A stretch of DNA of 64,000 bases from Octopus sinensis (GCF_006345805.1 NC_042998.1:191332001-191396000); one strand, 5' to 3'. Shown: positions 15,561 to 26,740, counted from the stretch's first letter. Numbers and translations are program-made. The notes: generated from the letters alone by a model not told the origin.

Positions 15561-16529
15561 ATGTATGCTTCCCTATGTATGTATGTGTATGCGTCCGTGT
15601 GTGTGTATGTGTCTGTATTTGTTGAGTGTAGTCTGCTTGTGTGTACGCGAGTTCGTGCATGTGTTTTGAGACCTTTTAACTAAATTCCTGAGTTCAGTTG
15701 ACCGCTGGTTACCTCTGGTTTTCGTAGAAGAAGCAGACAAAAAAAGGTCAACAGAAGATTGTATTGCCATGTGGTCAGCTTGCTAGAAAAACTACACCAT
15801 TGCTTCTCAGAATAACTGTCCCTCGTCGAAATGATGAAATGACATACCAGATGTCATAGCCTTGCATTCACTGTATCACAGAATCGTCATAGTTACTGTG
15901 CTTTTGAAAATAGGGCTGGCTTGAGGGTAAACAAATGCAACACCAAAAATAAAAATAGCAATATCTATTTCACTGGGCCCTCAATGCACATACTACTTTT
16001 TAAAATTCAAGTGCTGGCGATCCTCACATATTAACACAGACGTATTGTTGCTTTAAACTAGGATGGAATAACATTTTACCTTTGCATTTTGTTATTGAAC
16101 ATATTTACTGCCACATTGATTAAACCTTTGGGAGTTGAGCATTTTGTCTACGTTCGGCTTGTAAAACCAGAAACAAAGTAAAACAAATCCCTGTCCCCGT
16201 CTCAGTTGGTTATACGTTACTTTATGCACACAATTATCTGATGTTGTATCTGATTTTATATGAGACTGGAAAGTGATATGATGTGATTTTTATGGCTTTA
16301 TTAAAGCTGCAGCGATGTAAGTGAAATTAAAATTGAAAACAGACAAACGAGAATTGAGAATAAATCGTCAATTTGGCTCACCGAGAGATTTCTATTTCCA
16401 TATTATTGGGATTTTGTAATTAATCTGTAAACATTAACTGAAATTAAACGTTATTCTCAGGAAAAAAAAAAGAAAGAAAGAAAACGCATGCACTTTAATA
16501 GTGCGTCAATGATCCAACAATATCGGACC

Positions 16530-17650
16530 GGTGAAGTTCAGAACTAGATTTCATCCTCGCCAATCCCATTTATTCTCTCATTCTGTCTCCGCGCTCTCTG
16601 AACAAAATGCTATGTCAATTTCTGAGAGTATGCAACGTTGTATCCTATCTCCAAGAATGACAGTCTCTCTGTCTTGGCTCGCCCTCGTATTCAAGCTTCC
16701 ATTATTTCAAATGTGATAGAAATCAACCTATTTAAAATCGCACACTGTCTCTACCCCACTGTCTGTTCTAAATTCATTCATCAATGCAGTTTCTGTAATA
16801 AGATCTATCAGATACTTACTTTATATGGCATATCACCATATGCCATATGGCCTCTTGCTTTTGAAGATGTCTACAAGGACATTATCGCTCCTCTCAACTC
16901 AGAAAAAAGAGGATCTTTCGACTCTAACTTAAGAGAACCTCGTAGCCACGCTACTCACCATATGGAATCCATTCTTCTATTTTCGCTTGGATTTCAAACT
17001 TGGTGTCAGATATCTTTTTTACAGTGCGAAGAGAAGCGTTTGTCGCAACTCACATTCGAATACCAATCCTTCTGAATACTGGGACTTTCTCGCTTCTGTT
17101 CTTAACCATGAGCATTCTATGCTTAGAATACACACTTTTCGCTTTCTTAATCACCGCGCCCAAGTGTCATCCTTGCAACTAAACTTCACATTCGGCCTGC
17201 ATCGTTACACGAACAAAAAACATCAGAAACAAGTTTAAAAGCGTTTGTGGGTCAATATTTAATCGTGTTTTTATAGTTAGAAGCCCATTGCAGGTCTTGA
17301 ACAGATCAATAATTTTGTGCATTTCAAGTCTTGTACTATAAACTCTCCATATCTGAAGAACAAAATTCAAACCATCCAAGTCAGTACACGACAACTAAGA
17401 GCTCGCAGTCATTGGTGATTTTTTACAGCAACCTCAGATCTTTGTCAAAATTACACGTCACGACTTTGTTTCCCAACCCGGAAAATAATTTAGTCTCGAT
17501 CAGTTGCTGATCTTCTAAACAACACAAATGTGGCCCCCATAAGAATACAGTCAGATGAGTTCTACTGTCATACTTAATCAACTTATGAATCGTTCATCTA
17601 CACACAGCCTCCGATTCACTGGCACGCTATATATACACTTGAAATCTCAA
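16530..17650 (+). pseudogene. Highly decayed CR1/L2-group LINE reverse transcriptase remnant
   Basis: Frame-shifted segments in the correct order resemble RT motifs: LYPISKNDS (VVPIPKKGD-like), SIISNVIE (SIISKVME), HQCSFC (HQYGFR), RGSFD (KAFD), YGIHSSIFAWISNLVSDIFFTVR (YGI..LLAWISDFL..R…VRVDG). The 3' limit is uncertain. Confidence 0.65.
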
Positions 17651-18365
17651 CTCTACTGACTTAAACGAAACAGCAACAATTCTAACCACCCCCGCTACCA
17701 CCTTTATCATCCAAAAGATTACCTAAACACCATTTTGACAATCAAATTTGCAACTCCACCAACATCACAACCATTCTCAACAAAACCGTCATCATCATCA
17801 TCGACATCATCACACCTACTACCATTAATATACTTCTATAAAGATACTACATTCTATGCATTCCCTAACTTTCATTTTTATTGGTTCTGGTGTGTAATTA
17901 ATTTCCAGATTTGAATAAATATATTTGCTTTGTAATGGGAATATTCGTGTAAGGTTCATAAAGTGGAGAATTATTTGTCTTATGACGTTTTCGAAAACTA
18001 CTTACAAGAACTTACCGTTTATAAATAGAAATTGGAAACATTTCAAAACACTGACAACAACCACGAATGCAATCTGCTGACAAAATCATAATTGTGGTAA
18101 TATATTGGAAATATACTAAGATATGTACCCCTTGAAATTAGGTCAACGTTATTTTGCGCAAAGTTATTGCAGTGTTTAGCAGAGTATATAGTTATTGGGA
18201 AAAATATACACGATATCTTTTGGTTCTGGTATAAATGAAATCAATCATGTCCATGTAGGATTTATTTGGGAACAGATACCATAAATATCTGAACAAAATT
18301 ATATCTAGATATCAATTATGACATTGATGTAGAAGATGGTTGGGCTATAAGAATATATAGGATAA

Positions 18366-18898
18366 CTAGCAGTATCGCCCGGCGTTGCTCGGGTTTGTAA
18401 GGGAAATAACTATATAAGCATTTTTAGAGATTTATAGCAAAAAAATGCATTAAAAATGGAATACAAAATGATGATAATTTTTTTTTGTAAATCGTTGACT
18501 CAGTGTCTTCAAGCCATGAAGTCGTTGTTCTAAAAGAACGCTGGTCTCCTTGACAACGCTTTACGACGTTGATTTCCTTACACTCCCTTCCCCACAGCTT
18601 CACGAGGGAGGGAGGAAGGGGGAGAAGCAAACAGGTGCAGGTGTGACCATGGACGCCAACTCCGCCGCCATCGACACACGAAAAATTATGCATTAAAATG
18701 GAATAAAAAATGATGTTAAATTATTTTTAAAATCGTAGTCTCATCGTAGACGCGCGCTAATACTCAGACGGGCTCGATATGAATCACGACTATAAGATAC
18801 CCGAATTTGGTTAAACTGCACCGCAAAATGTGGGAGTAGTTAGGAATCTAAATGGAAGGGGACAGACACTCACACAACTACAGTTTTATATATATAGA
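18366..18898 (-). mobile_element. Complete non-autonomous Helitron (533 bp)
   Basis: The minus strand starts TCTATATATATAAAA (18898) and ends CCCGAGCAACGCCGGG hairpin…ATACTG-CTAG (18366). It is inserted between A and T with no TSD, which are the canonical Helitron termini. Confidence 0.88.
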
Positions 18899-19172
18899 TA
18901 TGTAGTTGCAACCGAATAGCGGTAAGCTTTCAGCAAGTCAACACTCTTTATACGGTACGGAGTTTCGTGATTCTAGTAAATTCACTTGACTTACTAAAGC
19001 AACGAATGATATTATGGACATTGTATCGCACCAATTTCATACTCTTAAATGATCAATGACTAAACAAAGAGCGAAAGAGTATTAATAGCAAATTGGAATA
19101 TGTTACATGTCTCGCGGTACAATGTATTGAAAAAAACCCAGATAAATAATTGTTGTGGTGTTTCTGGTAAAG

Positions 19173-19808
19173 TACTTTTTTTACTCTTTTACTTGTTTCA
19201 GTCATTTGACTGTGGCCATGCTGGAGCACCGCCTTTAGTCGAGCAAATCGACCCCAGGACTTATTCTTTGTAAGCCCAGTACTTATTCTATCGGCCTCTT
19301 TTGCCGAACAGCTAAGTTACGGGGACGTAAACACACCAGCATCGGTTGTCAAGCGATGTTGGGGGGACAAACATAGACACGCAAATATACACACACACAT
19401 ATATATTTAAATATATATATATATATTTATTTTATAGAAGGACTAGAGCTGTTTCATTCAAATGAAATCATCAGGAAGCTTCCTGATGATTTCATTTGAA
19501 TGAAACAGTTCTAGTCCTGTAGAAGCTCCTTCTATAAAATAAATTAATTTACTCTGCTATGTATTGAGTACCTTATTTACTGTGGTTAACCCCTACTCAA
19601 CCCCAGGACTTACTCTTATATATATATATACATATACATATATCCGATGGGTTTCTTTCAGTTTCCGTCTACCAAATCCACTCACAAGGCTTTGGTCAGC
19701 CCGAGGCTATAGTAGAAGACACTTATCCAAGGTGCCACACAGTGGGACTGAGCCCAGAACCATGTGGTTGGTAAGGAAGCTACTTACCACACAGCCACTC
19801 CTACGCCT
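19173..19808 (-). mobile_element. tRNA-derived SINE family A, full length, with about 190 bp inserted in its internal microsatellite
   Basis: Head AGGCGTAGGAGTGGCTGTGTGGTAAG (A box), B-box-like GGCTCAGTCCC, internal TA/CA microsatellite and 3' (GAGTAAAA)-like tail. Near-identical to the copies at 38948, 55895 and 56931. Confidence 0.93.
19477..19527 (+). ncRNA. Type I hammerhead ribozyme motif (complete three-helix fold)
   Basis: Stem I AGCTTC (19477-82)/GAAGCT (19522-27); core CTGATGA (19483-89); stem II TTC/GAA with an ATTT loop, closed by a non-canonical U.U; GAA (19502-04); stem III ACAG/CTGT; GUA cleavage triplet (cut after 19521). Confidence 0.75.
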
Positions 19809-20062
19809 ATGTAGTGATCTTTCTATCTATCTATGTATGTATCTATCTGTCTGTCTGTCTTACTGTCTGTCATTCTATATGTGTGTGTGTGTTTGTATGG
19901 GCATGTATGTATGCGTATGTTTCTGAGACTTTGTCATTGTGAGTGCTTGTATATGTATGCATTTATGTATATACATATGTATATATACATATACATACAC
20001 AAACACACAAACACATTCATATATAAAGAGGGAGAGAGAGACAGAATAATCCATATATACAT

Positions 20063-20710
20063 GCACCACATGGGCTCAACACCCCTCAGCTTTTCATCTG
20101 ACTTCCACCTCTCCTCTGTTCATCTGACACCTACTTCCTCTCTTCACTCTTACCCACCTTCTCCCTTCATTGATACCCCCTCCATCCACCCACCCCCACA
20201 CATCCCATTCCTATATACCCCACCCCACCCCTATTTTCTCACCCAAACTCACACCCCACCCACACATTCCTCCACCCAACACCGCCACACCACACACCAC
20301 TACAACAAATCACATCACCCCGCACACACTAGCACTGACCACTTCCCAGCACCCATACCATCATCCACACACCCACACATTACAGAGGCACACACACAGG
20401 CACACACCACACGTAAAAGTCACCAGCCCCTATCAACACGCACATATACACTCTCTCACACACACACGCGCACCTTCGTTTTGGGATCATCAGTACTTTA
20501 TTATCTCCCCTTCTTCCTAACTCTCCTGTCTAACCACCTTTGTCCAGCAGTCGCCATCATTGACCGCCAACTCCACAAGTTTTTTTTAGTTTTCTCTGTT
20601 TATTTACTCGTGTTCCTTTCTGTTGAAGAGCGTAGGCTCGAAACGTAAAAGACTTTCTCACCTTCCCGAGCGTCAAACTAATACACCTGCTGCTTGTTCA
20701 TACACCTGCC
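20063..20710 (+). mobile_element. 5'-truncated Penelope-like element 3' end (last GIY-YIG codons, CA-rich UTR, terminal repeat with hammerhead-like motif)
   Basis: 20063-20101 reads APHGLNTPQLFI*, matching the PxGLN C-terminal motif of PLE GIY-YIG endonucleases. The downstream terminal part is homologous to the short copies at 25894, 54325 and 57882 and ends at a (TA)n run. Confidence 0.7.
20616..20651 (+). ncRNA. Minimal type I hammerhead-like motif with A6U core variant
   Basis: CTTT-CTGTTGA-A-GAGC(GTAG)GCTC-GAA-ACGT-A-AAAG: 4-bp stem I, 4-bp stem II, palindromic ACGT helix III, GUA triplet. Confidence 0.6.
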
Positions 20711-22167
20711 TATATATTATATATAAGGTTGGCAAATGAAATAGAGATAAGAATGTGGATTGTCCGTTTGAGTGGAAAATTCTATAAGTGGCTGAAGATT
20801 GCTCGACATTTTAAACTGATGTAATACTTACAGTGTTTAATAAAATGAAGTAGCATAAAACAATTGTACTACTCTACCTTGGATATACTTGTTGCTTATT
20901 TTGATTATATATATATATATATAAATTGACTTGAATAGTTAAATTTATTTTCTGCTTTATCTTTCAGCGACCGAACTGTGTGGCTTTGTGACTAAACTCT
21001 GCAGTGCTAATCAAAAGTCCTACTAAATGTAAAATAAACTCACAATTGATGTTCTATGCAAGTTGCGATTTATGAAGTGTCGAACGGTTGCTTAACATTT
21101 AGAAACCTGTCATAATTCCAGCAAACAGACCCTTAAATGGTTTTTATTTCGACAGCATGATTAGATATAGAATTGCTTTTGTTTCATTAGTTGATGTAAG
21201 AAAGATGTATAGCGCCCATGACCTTTCTAAGTACAGTTTGGTGTGAGTTTGCGATTGATGCTTAATAATAATTATCGGGAAAACTTGAGTTGAGAGTAAA
21301 CGGGAAATCATTAGCACCAATTAAGTGAAAACCGGATTGAACCTAAAACATAATATGGAAGCAATGTTTACCTCTGGCACCAACCAACATTAAAGAGATT
21401 TGGTTATTGAACGAGGAGCCTGAATATTAACCTCATGAACATTAGCTATCTAAAACGACCTGTAAACCTATAGGCATTGCCACTTTCATTGTGATAAACT
21501 TATTAAAGTTAACAATGAGAATAATGTCTGACCGTAAAAAGAATTAAGGACGCATTAATGTAATTTGTAAAAAAAAAACAATGAGTCATTCTAATGCGTT
21601 AGAGGTTTAACATCCATAAGTAAATACATTTGCTTTATTAATTCAATGGTTAGATGAGTCTATGGAAAAAAAAGTGTTTGGTTGACTGCAGTTCAGTGTG
21701 ATCCTGAGTTCTTGACTTATTGTCTTTATTCGGGCAGCAGAAACATTATCCTTGAACAAACATTTCATGAATATGTACATTCTCAATGTAGTGCTCACAT
21801 CTAGATTTTTATATCAAATATCAAATTGGTAGTAAAGTATCTAAATAGTGTAGTTTTTCTAATTACTTTCAAGTATTCTTTAAAACAATTTTTTTCAATC
21901 CTGATAGGTTCTGAGCGGAAAACATATCTAAATGATAAGTTTAATTTAATCCTTACATAGTTTTTTCTATTTTTATTTTATTTATTTATTTATTTTTATT
22001 TTTATTAAAAAAAATTTTTTTTTAATTTCGGGTTTCATTAAGTCTTTAAACTAATTTTAAACTCAGATTGGAAATGTTGCTCTCTCAGTTACCGTCCGTC
22101 TTTAGATTTCCCATAAATTTGAGAATGGAATCCTTTTATATTTTCTTTTAGCTATTATTTCAGTTTA

Positions 22168-22231
22168 TGTGGCAAAATCGTTAGAACACTGGGAAAAATG
22201 CTTAGCGGCATTTCGTCCGTCTTTACGTTCG
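22168..22231 (+). mobile_element. SINE family B 5' head, interrupted
   Basis: tggcaaaatcgttagaacactgggaaaaatgcttagcggcatttcgtccgtctttacgttc is a tRNA-like head that stops at the (TCA)/(TTA)n tract. Confidence 0.7.
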
Positions 22232-22246
22232 TTATCATCATCGTTA

Positions 22247-22299
<53 letters not shown>
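22232..22299. repeat. (TCA)/(TTA)n microsatellite
   Basis: Direct reading. Confidence 0.95.
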
Positions 22300-22532
22300 T
22301 CCTTCTTTCTTCAAATTTTCTTCCGTTTCTCGCCGGGTGCTTTCCGTACACCTAGGGCAGAGAAACTCATTGTATGCATTCCCAGATTACACACGCAAAT
22401 TCACAGGTAAAATATGTATATAAAAAATTAATAAATAAATATATTCATGAATGGATGTTGTTTTCACAGCGATAATGCTCTTCTCAGTACATGAGCCGTT
22501 CCAGTTAACACGATTTTTTGCACCTCTTCAGC
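22300..22532 (-). mobile_element. 3' end of an RLE-type (R4/Dong-like) non-LTR retrotransposon
   Basis: Minus strand 22526-22464 reads EVQKIVLTGTAHVLRRALSL*, matching the QK..L.GTA.ILR C-terminus of R4-clade ORFs. About 165 nt of 3' UTR runs directly into (TAA)n. Confidence 0.8.
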
Positions 22533-23134
22533 TGTCTGTGGCGATGCTCAGAACCAACATTTTCAATTAAGTATTTCGCTACTTACCATGAAACCAAATA
22601 CAGTATTAAATGTTTAGCGTTAAGTCTTGTTCCATTTACTCATCATTAGCACCTTCTAATGTGAGAAGTGAATCTACTTTGTTATGGATGTTATTTTAAC
22701 TAAGTCACATAGGTTAACATTCATCTTGCGCTGCAAGTATAAACGCACCAGAATGAATTATTCGTTTCTATACAGATTACAGCTTTAATCCAACAATTCA
22801 ATTGGGATACGTCGCTGTTGATTGATTGTAAATGATTTTTGTTTCTAAAACGCTTTCGTCACTGCTACTTACTTTCTGTTTGTAAAGCTGTCTGTTTCTG
22901 ATCAATTCTTTAAATATTAAGGAGGTTTGCTTTTACCTGTTTCTAAACTATTTCCAATAACTTTTGTTTTTGTATTTATTTTTCCAGTATGTTTATTTTT
23001 CCTTCTTCGTGATCATAATTTTCATGTTCAAATTCGTCTAACGTCACCTTTGTACTTTCTGAGATAAAAGCACTACGTTTATGTATATAAATACCAATGA
23101 CGTGTGTAGCCAAAGAAACCAACCAGTGCTATTA

Positions 23135-23545
23135 TTACTGAGGGAAGTACACCGGGCAAAAAGTTTGGCGCTTTTCATCCTTTCGGGGTTGACAAAATAA
23201 GTATGAGATGAGTACTGGAGTCGATGTATTCGACTTACCTCCTCCCACAACATTGCTGGTCCTGTGCCAAAATTTGAAACATTTATCACTGACTGCAGTT
23301 TACTGGCAGAAGTGTTATGTCATATTTATAATTTTCTGGCTCTTTACGTCCTGTGTTCAAATCTTGCCGAAGTCAACTTTCTGGCTCTATATCTATTTCA
23401 AAATTTATTGTCATTCTTAGGGTGGTAGATTGTAGAATTCCTTCAAGTCGATGAAATAAGTACCAGTAATCTACTAGAGTCGATACAATCCACTGTTCTA
23501 TCAACTTTAAGTTTTCTGGCCCTTTGCCTAAGTTGGGAAATATCA
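23135..23545 (+). mobile_element. Cluster of degraded SINE family B copies
   Basis: Contains ttttcatcctttcggggttgacaaaataagta…ggagtcgatgtattcgac…ggtcctgtgccaaaatttgaaac, followed by further partial copies of the same modules. Confidence 0.7.
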
Positions 23546-24490
23546 TTATTATTATTTTGTAGATAATACATCAACTTAAAGATAACATTATATTTATTAC
23601 TATCCTTTTCCCTTCGCAATATAAAACATTGAAATTTTTTTCTAACAATAATCAGTTCGAATTACAGACTAGCCTGGAAGTGGTGAACAGCATTAAAATG
23701 CTGAAGTAACACAGATAAATGAATGTAATTGAAATATTCGATTATAATGAAAAAAAAAAAATATCGAACATTTGACTAATGTCGAAATAGTGAATACCAT
23801 TGCATTAGCAGAAGCCATTGATTGCTATTGAATCTGCGATGTATATAAAATATCGAAGCATGAGCAATATTGAATGTCATAGAAATAGTGAAATATTTGA
23901 AATAGAACAAAAAATGGAATCTCCTTTCTAGTGTTGTTTTATTTTTTTTTACTCCTCACTTGTATTAGTCCATCGGTAGAACTGTTATTATTTTTTGGAG
24001 AATATCTCATCATTGCGAAAATGTATTTCTTTTTTCTTTCTAGTTATTTAATCTATCGCACGTAAGCAGAATGAAGTCAGATTTTAACGTGTCTTACTAA
24101 GACATCCATCAGCAGATGATTAAACCTATTGATTTACTGTGAAAAAGGGATGTCATTCGATGCTAGCCCAGTTGATTTGTATACGAAGATCACAGGTGCA
24201 GTTTTCTGTCATCTCCCATTGACTCATAGAGGAAACCTTCTACAATTTAAGCTTGTAGATTTCGCTCATTATATACAGTTGTCTTCCAGACTATGAACGT
24301 ATTTCTTTATTCGTCACGAGTACACCCGTCGTTATTTTTTGGTCCGTGGGTACTTCATAATCATAACAATCAATGGTAAATTTTTACTGCGAAACTATTT
24401 CAGGACCTGTCTAAGTGATATTAAAATTGAATATTTAGTCTAGCAGAATGTCAAAGATAATCTAATGGGACTGGTTAAGAAAGAAACATA

Positions 24491-24660
24491 TACTCTTTTA
24501 CTATTTTTACTTGTTTCAGTCATTTGACTGCGGCCATACTGGAGCACCGCCTTTAGTCGAGCAAATCGACCCCAAGACTTATTCTTTGTAAGCCTAGTAC
24601 TTATTCTATCGGTCTCTTTTACCGAACCGCTAAGTTACGGAGACGTAAACACACCAGCAT
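24491..24660 (-). mobile_element. SINE family A, 3' portion only
   Basis: Near-identical to 19173-19342 and truncated at …caccagcat. Confidence 0.9.
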
Positions 24661-24707
24661 AGTTTACTTACCGGTAAAATTTCCACTATTTTCCTATTTT
24701 CATTTTC

Positions 24708-24744
24708 CTAAAATTTTCGTTGCGTCTTGCAACCTTTTCAATAG
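24708..24744 (-). ncRNA. Minimal type I hammerhead motif with compensatory U3-A8 core
   Basis: The minus strand reads CTA-TTGAAAA-G-GTTGC(AAGAC)GCAAC-GAA-AATT-T-TAG: stem I CTA/TAG, perfect 5-bp stem II, palindromic AATT helix III, UUU triplet. Confidence 0.55.
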
Positions 24745-25893
24745 TCTTGACTCTGTCCGTTATTTACACTTATATTTTATCTATTTCATTTATATTTTAT
24801 TTATATTTTATCTAATATAACAGTACCTATAGTCGTTGTAACTTCCACAGGATTCTAAGATCCAAGCTGTTGATAATCATCTTGAAATTCTATCTGTCTT
24901 TTGGAGTTTGGAGCCTTTTGTATGATACTTTCTGTCTTTGGACAAGATTTTTCAGACAAATCCAATTATTTCAGCCTTTCGAGGGCTGTGCAATTATAGC
25001 TTATATATTCCTTCGTATTACAAATACTACTAGTCAATGTAGTAATCGTACATGGATTAATATCTGAGGCTGAACTATTGAACAGTGTTAACTACAGTGT
25101 CTTAAAATGTGATCATAAATTTGATACGATCAATGTACGCAAAATGATTTTTTTCTTAATCATTTATTTGCTGACTGATACTTGGTTTACTACTTCAGAG
25201 AAATCAAAGGTAGGGCAACAAAAGAAGCCAGTTACAATCAGTCGGAAAATAAAGTTTGAGAGCATGTGTTTGCTTATATATCGGGTGACCTTTTGACCGT
25301 ACGGTCTGGTATATTATACCGCAGATGACGTTTCAAGTAAGATAAGACAAATAAATCTTGCCTACAAGATTAAGCGAACCATGAAAAATATCATTGTTAT
25401 ATATATAAAGTCAATCTCACTGCAGTTACTATGGCGAAAGAATCTCTGTTATGATAAAAGATGTAAAAATAACATAACTGCCCAATGCCTCTCTCTTGCG
25501 GATCCCCAGACGCGCGTTTCTGGATATTTAGTTTCTACCGATGAGAGATAAACCTGGGCAGATTAAAAGCCATAGCATAAACTAAAACCACTTAACGTCG
25601 GTGACTGAGTTGCGCTAGTGGACCACCAGGTCGAATTAGAAATAGCAGCATTATTGCCTGGCGGTGATGAGGAATGAATGACCTTTAGATTAGTTACCAT
25701 GGGTTTGTGATGTATTTTAACAGTTACTGCGGACAAAAAAAATCTGTCCTATAGTAAAAGGTGTAAAAACACTCAGTAACTGATATTGACTGTTTTTAGT
25801 TAAAGCTACGGCTTTGAATCTGCCTAGGTTTATCTACCTTCGGTATTTCCCATTGAGGGCAGTACTGGGCAGATAAGTTGCTATACATATATA

Positions 25894-26078
25894 GATCGTT
25901 AGCCAATACACACATTTTTCTCTCCTTGTGTCTCTCCTTGTTTTCTGTGTCTCTTTCTGTAGAAGAGAGTAGGCTCGAAACGTAAATGACTTTTTCTATT
26001 CCTGAGCGTTATACTAATACATCTGTTTGTTTTGTACAGCACCTGTCTTCGTCTTTTGTTTTTTTCGTAAAGTCTCCC
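25894..26078 (+). mobile_element. Short (about 185 bp) PLE terminal-repeat-like element with hammerhead-like motif (25953-25988)
   Basis: Homologous to 20590-20710, 54325-54491 and 57882-58070. Flanked by TA runs on both sides. Confidence 0.75.
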
Positions 26079-26289
26079 TATATATATATAATTTTATTTT
26101 AAGGATTCTTTAGAAACAAGGTACGTCAACACGAAGATGCCAGAAATGGCTACGGTAACATAGGGCTCATATTGACGTAAACAACATTGAAAACATCAAG
26201 TATTGATAGGATGAAATAGATATACATAAACCAAGTGCAATTGATATAGATATACATATTGAAATAGATATACATATACCAAGTGCAAG

Positions 26290-26362
26290 TGTTGTAGTAG
26301 CGATAGAGAGAGAAAGACAGGTGGCAAACGAGGGGATAGCGAGCGAGCGAAAGTGCGCAAGT
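26290..26362 (+). repeat. About 72-bp dispersed repeat, copy 1
   Basis: Near-identical to 29696-29767. Confidence 0.85.
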
Positions 26363-26478
26363 GACATATTAGATATAAAATGTAAGCAAAAATGGTATTT
26401 AAAATTCATGACAGCTATTGCAGTAGAATTTTATTAATGCATTCATAGATTACGTCATTACATAGAATCCACCATCAT

Positions 26479-26615
26479 CAGATAAAACTTTAAACAGAAG
26501 AGATATTTTACATCGACCCGGACAAACCCCAAATAAATTCGGTTAGATTAATCCAACTAATTTGGGATTTGTCTAAGTCGGTGTAAAATATCTTTCCATT
26601 TTAAATTTTTACCTG
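26479..26615. repeat. Imperfect inverted repeat (arms of about 65 bp, almost no spacer)
   Basis: Left arm gataaaactttaaacagaagagatattttacatcgac…; reverse complement of the right arm ggtaaaaatttaaaatggaaagatattttacaccgac…. Confidence 0.8.
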
Positions 26616-26648
26616 TGAATTATATATTATGATATAATATCCTATGAA

Positions 26649-26740
<92 letters not shown>

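Noticed and set aside
18020-18289. Minus-strand block bounded by a good acceptor and an ACG|GTAAGT donor
   Set aside because: Stops in all three frames and AT-rich. Such splice-like pairs arise by chance without transcript data.
19833-20648. 271-aa His/Thr/Pro-rich ORF
   Set aside because: It runs through a microsatellite and the low-complexity PLE 3' UTR. The meaningful PxGLN motif is in a different frame.
20969-21027. Strong plus-strand acceptor followed by TELCGFVTKLCSANQKSY*
   Set aside because: No upstream partner exon or recognisable homology.
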